A stretch of 63,128 nt of DNA, the filler included, from Octopus bimaculoides (taxonomy: Eukaryota): the NCBI RefSeq assembly GCF_001194135.2. It is 5 parts of 5 records of this genome, joined end to end, with 100 filler letters (N's around TTAATTAATTAA, not from the genome) between each part and the next. Parts side by side here need not be neighbours in the genome. Positions count along the whole stretch, not along the records: positions 26,132 to 45,157 come from NC_068988.1; positions 45,258 to 53,299 come from NC_068986.1; 3 more parts are not named here. One strand, 5' to 3'. Below the pieces are notes generated by a model. That model searched no databases. It worked only from the letters and a program-made list of their open reading frames with translations, and had not been told where the DNA came from. The position numbers were made by a program, and so were the translations under genes. Positions 37,745 to 48,300 of this stretch are shown in pieces (position 1 is the first letter of the stretch; the number at the start of each line of letters is the position of its first letter).

Positions 37745-38829
37745 AGCAGACAGGCAGAAACTCATACACATCTTAATCTTCAGCTGAACGCAGAGGTCGT
37801 GATAGAACATAGAATTCTGCGCTATGTACCTTGAGAGTATCACTCATACGGACTCGAGTGCATAAAGACACTTGCGATTATATCATTGACGGATGGGAAT
37901 CATCTGCTTCGGCCGCCAGAACTATCAGATCACGTGATTTCGCCTGGCATTTGTGTGTGTGCGTATTTATATACGTATACATATACACATACACACGTAT
38001 AGATGAATAGCACAATTATGCATGTGAAAATATGGAAATTAATTTATGCGTGTGTATACGTGTACATACTCACACAAACATTACAGACACAGACAGAGAT
38101 GCACACACACACACACACACACACACGCACGCAAACACATAAATTGGTGTAATGTTTTGTTCACTAACGAGGACAAATTATTAAAATACATAAACAGAGT
38201 TGGTGCATTTCAATAAGTATACAGTTTTTAAAATTTGTTTAAAACGTAACGCTCCCTAGCATATGACTGAATAAGGGAGCAGTATGATAATATATACAGA
38301 ATAATATTCGTAGACATAGCAAACGTGACGATTTAATTAGATTCCAATCCACAAACTAGAAAATACCTCACATATTTATCCATCCAAATGAAATACACAA
38401 AACAGTGATATAATTATACTGTGAAACACAATTCTGTCTTTGGTTAGCAAGTGTTATTTCCTATCTGTTTATCCCTAGAAAAAAATGGAAAATAGCCAAT
38501 ATTTCTTTCAAACCATAAAGAATCCCTCTGAACACATGGTTATGATGTTCCCCCGCTACTCCTGCACATGATCGGAGACGTACATATTGTCAACCACTAA
38601 AGGATACGTGCAAGTGGTTAATGTCAAACAACTGACAAGCAAATCTGTGGTATAAAACGGAATGTATGCTATAACGATGTTTCTGCTTCAGCAACTACAA
38701 GCTGAATGTATCAGAAATGTAATGGGTATAGGTCAGTTTCAAAACATTGATGTCCAAGTCACAAAAGCAAGGTTTGAAAGGAGTTGTTGTTATTTCCTTT
38801 GCTAGAAACAAATTGGAAATACCACTTAC

Positions 38830-38934
38830 AGACCACAAACACACATACGAAAAGAAATTGTTACATTCTGTTATCGATTCATTTTTGAAGACATCAGGGC
38901 TTTGTTGATTTGCTATGTTATCTCCCATATAACT
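38830..38934 (-). CDS. Candidate 105-nt frame-preserving exon (unidentified)
   Basis: Acceptor GTTCTTGTATTTCCATAAG and donor GTAAGT; only phase 0 is open: SYMGDNIANQQSPDVFKNESITECNNFFSYVCLWS. Confidence 0.3.
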
Positions 38935-39251
38935 CTTATGGAAATACAAGAACATTTTAAATCACAAGATACATGATTATCTTTCAAGGATTCCAGCATG
39001 GCCGCACTCAAATGACTGAAACAAGTAAAACAATAAAATAATGAAAGAATATATGTATATGTATACACAAACACACACACACACACACACATATATCTGT
39101 ATGTATGAAAGGCAGGATGTGTGTGTGTGTGTGTGTATGTATACGTGAATGTAATTCATGCACGTCCACAAATTAGCATGCATGTTGCTTAAATTTTGGG
39201 AGGACATTCGTCATGACTCTACTTGTATTTTCGTCAACTTATTTTCCCCAG

Positions 39252-39367
39252 AGACACCAGCGAAGAGCAGTAAAAAATAAATTTTCAACCAAAACTTCAA
39301 GAAAATCTTCAAGTCGGAGAAATCCACCATTGTTTGCAACAAGAGTAAACTCCCCTTCTAGCGACGA
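39252..39367 (+). CDS. Candidate 116-nt coding exon, basic and Ser-rich (unidentified gene)
   Basis: Acceptor CAACTTATTTTCCCCAG and donor GTGAGT; only phase 0 is open: RHQRRAVKNKFSTKTSRKSSSRRNPPLFATRVNSPSSD. Confidence 0.45.
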
Positions 39368-39438
39368 GTGAGTTTTACTTAAGACTTATGTTGTTTTTTT
39401 TTTCCATCAAGGAAAAAGTGCTTTGTTGATATACGGGC

Positions 39439-39495
<57 letters not shown>

Positions 39496-39873
39496 GAATA
39501 TGTATGCGTACAAAAATATGTATGCAATTGTACGAACGCACGTGTGTGTGTGTGTGTGTGTGTGTTGACACCCCCCACACACATACACATACACACACAT
39601 ATATGCATATACATATACTAAAGACTTAGTTGTGATCTGAACATAACCACTTCTGATATGGAAGGGTTCCCAACCCATGGGCAAAGAGGGGTTAGATGAT
39701 TGGTAGTGGTGTTTTCAAAGGGGTAGCATGTGTAACCTGATCACCTCTGCCGATCAAACTCCCAACCTATGCGCTCCAGTTGCGTCAATGTTACTTAGTT
39801 TGGTTTGAAATAAAGAACTTGATTAGCTTAATAATCCTAACTTAATCACATGCATAGCCGGGTTATACTGCTA

Positions 39874-39948
<75 letters not shown>

Positions 39949-40022
39949 AATAGATAGATAGCGTTATAATCCGAACCTAAATAGTCTGTCCCCTGATTTC
40001 ACAGCTTACTCAACTCGTTGTC

Positions 40023-40086
<64 letters not shown>

Positions 40087-41188
40087 ATTTAACTATCTAT
40101 CTATCTGACTGTCCATCCATCTGTCTGTATGTCTGTCTGTCGATGCAGGCCTACGTACAAACACACATAAATATGTGGATATACGTAATAGACACACACA
40201 TATAAGAATAAACAGATACGCACACGCGTAATCAGACACGAATATAACTTTATAGTACAGTCAACTTCATGTCACCCGTTAGATCATTTCAGTATATGTA
40301 AATATAATATTCGGTACATATGAACAAGTATGTGTATATATAAATGGATGTATATAATGTCATGCTTTGTGTGCGAGTATGTGTATTTCAGTATGTGGGT
40401 CCTAGACGACCTATATATATATATATATATATATATATNNNNNNNNNNNNNNNNNNNNNNNNNNNNNNNNNNNNNNNNNNNNNNNNNNNNNNNNNNNNNN
40501 NNNNNNNNNNNNNNNNNNNNNNNNNNNNNNNNNNNNNNNNNNNNNNNNNNNNNNNNNNNNNNNNNNNNNNNNNNNNNNNNNNNNNNNNNNNNNNNNNNNN
40601 NNNNNNNNNNNNNNNNNNNNNNNNNNNNNNNNNNNNNNNNNNNNNNNNNNNNNNNNNNNNNNNNNNNNNNNNNNNNNNNNNNNNNNNNNNNNNNNNNNNN
40701 NNNNNNNNNNNNNNNNNNNNNNNNNNNNNNNNNNNNNNNNNNNNNNNNNNNNNNNNNNNNNNNNNNNNNNNNNNNNNNNNNNNNNNNNNNNNNNNNNNNN
40801 NNNNNNNNNNNNNNNNNNNNNNNNNNNNNNNNNNNNNNNNNNNNNNNNNNNNNNNNNNNNNNNNNNNTATATATATATATATGAGAAATATCTTAGAATA
40901 CGAGCAAGCATATGAATATCTAAATGCGATTGTCTATATAGTTTGAAATTCTGTTTATACATGTGTATGTATATATGTGTGTTCTTGTATTTGTATGTCT
41001 ATTTTCCGTCCCTACGCAGTGTGCTTTCTATAGTTTATATGTATGTTATTAGACCTACTAATGTTTACATATCTTGTAGAGTCTTGGAAAACTAACCTAT
41101 TTCAAGAACACATGAAAGCCCACATATGTATAAATTCCATTGTGTAAACACACACCACGGTAACATATGAACTCATTTTCGTTTCCAG

Positions 41189-41240
41189 AAGACCTATATT
41201 TCAGCAAAGATATTTAGAAGAATAAACTATAAAGCGATAA
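41189..41240 (+). CDS. Candidate 52-nt exon, possibly the stop-containing exon after 39252-39367
   Basis: Acceptor CTCATTTTCGTTTCCAG and donor GTATGT; the phase-2 join gives E-RPIFQQRYLEE-stop. Confidence 0.3.
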
Positions 41241-41462
41241 GTATGTCGTTTAAACAGATTTTTGTCACTACTCACATTACTAATAATAATGAATCAGCAT
41301 TGAACCCCTGAAAGATATACTTCTCTCCCTTATTAACACTTCATTCAGCTGCAAGTGATTTAGAAAGTCACTGGATTAAACATTGAGTGATGTCTAATAG
41401 GCTTAAACTACATGAGTAATTAATAAAGCATAATAATTATTGTTTGGTGAATGCTGTGCCGC

Positions 41463-41792
41463 GTGGATGCGCAATGGCCCAGACCAGGCGTTGTGAGTGT
41501 GTATTGAGCTAAAACACCTAAAGCTCCACGAGGCTCCGGCAGGGGATAGTGACGAATCCTGTTGTACTCTTTCACCACAACTTTCTCTCACTCTTACTTC
41601 CTGTTTCTGTTGTGCCTGTAATTCAAAGGGTCAGCCTTGTCACACTGTGTCACGCTGAATATCCCCGAGAACTACGTTAAGCGTACACGTGTCTGTGGAG
41701 TGCTCAGCCACTTGCACGTTAATTTCACGAGCAGGCTGTTCCGTTGATCGGATCAACTGGAACTCTCGACGTCGTAAGCGACAGAGTGCCAC
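41463..41792 (+). mobile_element. Family-A SINE with an internal deletion in the tRNA head
   Basis: Matches the 57991-58382 copy except for loss of the segment between two CCCAG repeats. Confidence 0.92.
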
Positions 41793-41848
41793 CAAGGCTG
41801 TGCCGCCAAGGCTGTGCCGCCAACGCTGTGCCGCCAATGCTGTGCCGC
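41793..41848 (+). repeat. 4 x 14-bp tandem repeat CAA(G/C/T)GCTGTGCCGC, an amplified target site
   Basis: The last unit contains AATGCTGTGCCGC, identical to 41450-41462 immediately 5' of the SINE. Confidence 0.9.
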
Positions 41849-43090
41849 AGTGAATTATATCATGTCTACCAGAGCGCTAGATGGCGAAGCTGGTTAAGCT
41901 TAATCGGTGGATTGAATGAATTACGGTATTATTATTTACGTCCTTTTACGTTGTGGGCTTAAATTCCACCGGACTGTGCTATTGTTGAAGATCTCGATAG
42001 AGTAAGTACCAGTAATATACCGAGGTGAACGTTCGAAGCAACAGAAAATGTAGCACTATACCATCTACTAAACAGTGTCTGCAATAGAATGTACAAGCTG
42101 GTTTTTATTTCCAATTAAATCGTGTTTTTGTTTTATGCATTTAACGCACCTAACAATGCACGAATGGCATTCAATCAATATTATTGTGCGGTTTTGTACT
42201 TAAGAGAGGAGCCATTATAATTCACGATAGATCTATGTGATTGTAAACTTCACCGAAAACATGTTATGTATAAAAATATATGAATAAAAAGAAAAAAAAA
42301 CTCGAAGCTGTTAGTTTGACTATACCATCATTGTGTGCTTAATGTCTAAACATTTGTGTCAGTTCAATTTAAACAACGCCTGGGAATTAGTTGATGGAGA
42401 TTTGATGGATGTTCAACTAAATATAAAAAAAAACATATTCTAACCGATTTTAAATGCTTATTGGAATAACGATAAGGATAAAATCCAAAAAAGACCAAAA
42501 CATCACGATTACAGTCATGACAATAGAGATATTAATGGGAACCTATTAAAAGTGTTTCCATCTTCATGCAGGTTGGGAAGAGAATATAGTTTTTGAAGTA
42601 GTGCACTTAAGCATATCGATAAGAACGCAGGAATCGATTCCTTTCATGGCCAGATCCACCAGAGGGGAAGGAATGTTCAGTTAAAATCAACGGATCTCTC
42701 GTGAAATTTGTAAAGCCGCTACAGCTTACATAAGTAAGATGTTAGATGATGTGATATTTCCTTCTTTACAGCTTCATTAACAGTGTCTTGACTATTGGAC
42801 AAAGTGAAATATTAATGGCAGGACACGAACTGTCCACACATCTATTGTCCTCCAAAATAATATTGATTCAACCATTAGAAAATTCTGTACACGTTCTAGC
42901 ATATATATATATTTCGTATATATATATATTTCAACTTAGTCGTTTGATCTACAAGAAATAGAGATCAGGTTATTGTCTACAATATATATATATATATATA
43001 TAAATATATATATATANNNNNNNNNNCGTATATATATATATTTCAACTTAGTCGTTTGATCTACAAGAAATAGAGATCAGGTTATTGTCT

Positions 43091-43138
<48 letters not shown>

Positions 43139-43569
43139 AGTTTAATGGGTTTTTTTTATTATCCCAGAACATCCTTGATCAAGCACACAAATTTCAGCCT
43201 TGGCTGTCTCACTTAATATGAACGATTGCATTGCTCAACGTATTTGTATATTTTTCTGATAAAAAACCCCGCTGCTATTCCAGGAAGGCCGAGAGACAAG
43301 TAGAGCCTCTCCTGTTAGCTCTCGCAACATGCTACTGGATGCTTGATTGCAAGTCTTTACATTTTTGTTTTTATATCGATTACAAGATATTTGTATTTTC
43401 GTATAAAATTTGTATTTTTTAACCTAAGACGTCTAAAAATAGTTAAAAGAAAATCTTGCACTGAATTAATAAACATTATCTTTGGAATATTGCTCAATAA
43501 ATTGAAAATACCTTGTCTATATTTACGCAATCGTTCAAAATAATAGTTTCTAACATAAACACAGAGCCC

Positions 43570-43900
43570 GAAAGTTTTTGAAGGAGCCGATTCAATTATC
43601 TCCAGTATTTGATTGGTACATTATTTATCAACACCAAAATAATGAAAAGCAAAGTTGACATTAGGCAGATTTTCATTTCAGAACATAAAGAGGAGTCAAT
43701 AAATTCGTCAAAGTATTTAGGAACAAGACATTAAGATACTCATACGTGGCTGTCTGGTTAAAAACATTGTTTAATAAATGTGTGGTTCTAGACTTCATCC
43801 TAGTGAACAGCACATTGGGCAATCTCTTCTTTCAGGTTGAACAATTAGCATGTTGGTGAAATTCTGTAAACAGAAACCGTTCTGAGGTCTGTGCGTATGT
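43570..43900. mobile_element. Old family-B SINE (minus) abutting an old family-C SINE (plus)
   Basis: Diverged matches to the respective heads and central domains. Confidence 0.6.
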
Positions 43901-44646
43901 GTGTCTATGTATGAGGGTGTTTATGTATGTATCTGTATGATTATGTATATGCAACTCGAAGATGTTCGTATACTTACGATATTTGTAACGCAGTTACGTA
44001 GGCCTGGATTGGATACGTTACACTATCACCTCCGGATTTGTTATATTAAACCTCCTCCGACACAGATACAACTTCATCTATACGTCATTTAATATTGAAA
44101 TCTTTCTATATATTTCTCATGAGTCCTATGTTTAGCGGATATTCAATCAATTCTATTATGCTTTTATTATTTGCATTATACTTTAATCTTATCCTCTTTC
44201 ATCTTTTCTGTATGCATGTAATCATATGCCTAATCAACTGGTAACCAATTAGAGCCAACCAATTAACGTACTTCCCAATTAATGCGTAACACCCATGTAC
44301 TACCCATTCCACAGCTTCCAGTTTCCTTGCTCGATCACAAGTAATTGGTAAACCAAATTCCTACTTAGAAAAGAGACTTCTATACCCTTAAGATCTCCAC
44401 CACAATCCTACAGTAACACACAAACACCTACAGTAATACACAAGCATCTGTGAATCACTAAAAGGTAGAAACATTCACCATTTTCACTATGTCATTATCT
44501 CATCATCCTTATAACTCTACAACACTACAACCACTGCTAAATAATTCCACCTTCTACTATAACTACCATGCACAATATTCTTTAGAGAAGAATCCATAGA
44601 CATTTCTAATAAAGATCGATCAATGTTCACAAAATTATTACTTGCA

Positions 44647-44676
44647 CTGACGAATCGTAAGATGAAACTATGAGTG
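44647..44676 (+). ncRNA. Hammerhead core with intact CUGACGA and GAAAC but a non-canonical GUG triplet
   Basis: CTGACGA-ATC(GTAA)GAT-GAAAC-TATGA-GTG; stem II is closed by a GNRA loop; stem I is poorly supported. Confidence 0.5.
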
Positions 44677-44945
44677 CTACTATATCAAACTCGCAGTTCG
44701 CGAAATAATTACCCATTAAGAGACAATATCGAGTTCTCTTTATGCACACACCCTAACGCAGACGAAGGGGCATACACACGCGCGTACACACACACATAAA
44801 CACAAGTTCATAAGTGTTAGTGATGATGGGCTCTAGACATGAGGAAGATGAAAATAGACAGCCTTAAGGAGAACAGTGTATCAGCGTCCAGAAAATAGTA
44901 CTCGAGTAATATGCTTTATTAATAAAGCTGCAAAGACGTCACAAA

Positions 44946-44987
44946 AACTGTTACTCAGAGTTTCACGAGCCCGTTCGTCGGAAAGTT
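44946..44987 (-). ncRNA. Type I hammerhead motif, left arm (core variant CCGACGA)
   Basis: AACTTT-CCGACGA-ACG(GGCT)CGT-GAAAC-TCTGA-GTA-ACAGTT on the minus strand. Confidence 0.65.
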
Positions 44988-45063
44988 TTTGGAGTGAATG
45001 GAGCAAAAGTAAGGTTATATAAGCTTATGCATATAACCTTATTTTTGTTCTATTCGCAACCAA

Positions 45064-45105
45064 AACTGTCTGACGAATGCGAACGTGAGACTCTGAGTAA
45101 CAGTT
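45064..45105 (+). ncRNA. Type I hammerhead motif, right arm (core variant GAGAC)
   Basis: AACTGT-CTGACGA-ATG(CGAA)CGT-GAGAC-TCTGA-GTA-ACAGTT; perfect 6-bp stem I and palindromic stem III ACTC-T-GAGT. Confidence 0.7.
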
Positions 45106-46384
45106 GTGATGTCTTTGCAGCTTTATTAATAAAATGTATATATATATATATATATATNNNNNNNNNNNNNNNNNNNNNNNNNNNNNNNNNNNNNNNNNNN
45201 NTTAATTAATTAANNNNNNNNNNNNNNNNNNNNNNNNNNNNNNNNNNNNNNNNNNNNAAAAAAAAAAGAATCATTGAAATTTGAATAACTAATTAGCAAA
45301 AGCATGAAACAAAACATTGATGTTGTAAAAAAAAAAGTTATATTCTACATGGTATTTTAGTCCATTAATTCTTTTAAATGAATGAGTACTTAGTTTAGAT
45401 GCAGCTAACATTTAAGAAAAAATTTGCTTATGTAAATTAAATTTTCTATAATGAATTTTTTAATTAAAAATAATTCTGAATTGGGTTTTACAGATTATAG
45501 TTACTTCACAAAAATGTTATAAAGCAATAACAAAAAGATAAATGCATTTGAAACTATTAATGGTTTAAAATAAGATTTTACAGAAACAAAAAAAGTTAAA
45601 GTTTTAAATTAAGACTGCGAGCGTTACTGATAGTACATGAAATTATAACCTGAAAGTTTGTTAGATATATCAACCTGAGAGACATGTAATCACCATCTCA
45701 TACATTCAATGAAAGCAGGATATACTAAACAATAACACAAAATGAACTGAAATCGCATGCATAGGCACAATGTCTAACTTGGGAATTAGAAAAGAGACCT
45801 TCAAAAGACAAGCAGAAAACCTTTAGTCAATGCAAGTTGACAAGCTACCAAAGCAATTTTTTCATTTAAAAGTAAAGAAGCAAAATAACACATAAGAACT
45901 AAACAGATTAGGAACATCTATGGGTCAGAAGTGTACATTGAAGAACTAAATGCAGCCAAAAATGAAAAGAGTTGAAAATATTTTTTGTTATTAAATTTCT
46001 TTTCTGAGTTCCACTAAAAGAACAAACAAAAACAAGTAAACCTATGCTTCCCTAATGTATGCACAAATTCTTAAAAATACACAATATTGAAACTATGTAT
46101 CATCCCCACTCATGTTTGCTTCAGAAAAATTGAATTTCAAAACAGAGCATCAGAAAACTACTTTAGATCTATCATAAACAAAAATTAATAGCATCAATAA
46201 GATCCATAATAAATTTATAATAAACTAATAAAATTGTGAAGAAAACGTAGTTTCTAGACAAGTCATTTTAAAGATAACTTCAAAGCTTTAAGGATGTAAT
46301 AAAAGAGAATTGCTTGTAAAATTTGAACATATGAAAGCGTAATTATTATGCATTTATTTCACTAACTTCAATGGAGGTTCCTAT

Positions 46385-48300
46385 AAAACCATCATTTAAC
46401 ATCCATTTACCTAGCTGGCAAGGATTGAACAGATTGACAGGATCTGACAAGTTAGAAGACTGCGTTGAGTTTCTGTGTCTGCTTTGGTATGTTCACACAT
46501 AGGTGTGAACATGGAAAGAGAGTGACAAACAAAGCTGGAGGGAGCACATCAATGGCCAATGTGTGAGAAAAATACACTGGAAAATACAGTGGTAAGAGAT
46601 GAGATTGAGAATGCTGAGTGGGTGACAAGGGGAGGAGACTCCAAAGAAAGGGGGAATTGGTAGCATCTCTGCTCTCATAATTACAACAGCTGAAATAGTG
46701 CTGTAGTTTGATCAGTGATGGAAGGAATGGGTGCTGAGAAGATGAACTGTAGGGACAGCATAGACAGAACTATGCTTTTAGGACCTTGTTTTGCTAAAAT
46801 GGATAGATTTTCTTGAGCACAGTGAACAGCCTGTCATCTCTTCCCTGAAGCTCAACAACTGAGGTCTTCATTACTTTTCCCCTTTTGTTCTTGGATCTCC
46901 CTCTTCAATAGTTCCTTGCCACATTTGGTGATCAGCACTCTTTTATGCTGCACACCTAGCAGAGCCTGCTAGTTTTGATTTTTTCTAGTCTCACATATCC
47001 TCTGCATTTACAGCTCATGTTTCACTACAATGTAACATTGCGGTTTGCAGACAAGCATCAAACAAACTGCTTTTCATCCTGAGAGACCTTCATTACCAAC
47101 AGCAATAATAGCTCTGAACTTTATCTTGTTCTTATTCTTGCAACTATACTTTCAGAACATCCTCCTCCACTGCTAATTAGGTCATCTAGGTAACAGAAGC
47201 AATCTACTACCCCCAGTTACTCTCCTGGGTATTTCAAAAAATCTATTTTTTCACAGGTTTTTGGTGCTTATTGTTCCTGTGCATCAGCCACAAATTCTAC
47301 TCTTAACCTTCCTGTGATTCCACTGCACCTCTTATGAGTCCATAATTTGCACTGGGTACACCACACGGAATTTCCACCTACACCTTACCTATATATGAAG
47401 CTGGGCTATTTGCTTGATAGTAAAGACCAAAGTTTTGATAAGCAGGAAAACAAACAAGGTTCTACTCCTAAGTTAACTTTAAGATCCCTTGATTACAGGT
47501 TTTGCTTCCACATCAGGATTTTCTTTTCTAATTCTACTATAAATTCAGCTATAAGAACAAGGTCATCAGTATAGAGGATTCCTCATGGGTACCCAGTCTT
47601 AAAACTCCTCTGTTATGGTCTGGAGGATTGTAATAAATAGGAAAGGACTGAGCCTTAGTAAACACAAACTTACACACTAAAGCTGTTGCTGTATTAATTG
47701 CTAACTCAATAGTTATTCATCATCTACAACTAGCTTCTACAGTGACCACCAGTTCAGGGAATGAGAGGCTCTGCTGAAGGCTTTCCCTAGGTTCATGAAT
47801 GCTATGTACAGCAATTTATTTTTGGTTAAATACTTCTGAAGTTGCCTAACTAGAAAGGGAGCATCAATAGTTCTTAGTGGCACAAAGCCAAACTGCATCT
47901 TATCTAGTCTAATTCTCTTCCTAATTAAGAGAGTTGAGCAATAACTCTCTCTGTAACGTTCATGACCTGGTTCAGCAATTTGATACCTCTGTAATTATTT
48001 GTAAGGCATCTCCTTTAACCCTGTCTATAATGTGGCTACATCAGTTACTGGGTATGACAGCTTCTCGTACAACCTGATTGGCTATGCAAATAATTAGGCC
48101 ATATCCTTACACCGCCAGATACTTTGAGCATATCAGCAGCGATTTGTAATGGACTGAAGGCTTTTCCTTCTTTCATATCCTTAATTGCTTTCTCTATAAA
48201 GCTGCTGTCAACTATAGTACTAGGTCCTCTGTTTGACCTACATTGGGGAGACTTTTCTCCCATGCATTCTCTAATTGAATTCCCCCATGAATGCATAAAA
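46385..48300 (-). mobile_element. Highly decayed RTE-like LINE (RT region through 3' end)
   Basis: FIEKAIKDMKEGKAFSPLQIAADMLK, LSPFLFITILQTITEEF and ILYTDDLVLIAE (YADD box); the 3' end lies near 46385. Confidence 0.8.

Larger units (their letters stand above)
44915..45133. mobile_element. ~220-bp palindromic element with a type I hammerhead motif in each arm
   Basis: Arms 44915-45020 and 45031-45133 are reverse complements with few substitutions; 10-nt loop AAGCTTATGC. Confidence 0.85.

Noticed and set aside
41793-41848. Short regular repeats as a CRISPR-like array
   Set aside because: There are no spacers, the context is eukaryotic, and TSD amplification explains them.
42571-42900. Plus-strand exon pair separated by GTAAGA...TTTACAG
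   Set aside because: The implied intron is only 38 nt and the peptides have no recognisable homology; the sites could be UTR-exon boundaries but are unsupported.
42900-43130. Direct duplication of ~75 bp around a 9-N gap
   Set aside because: It is typical of unmerged contig-end overlap, so probably an assembly artefact.
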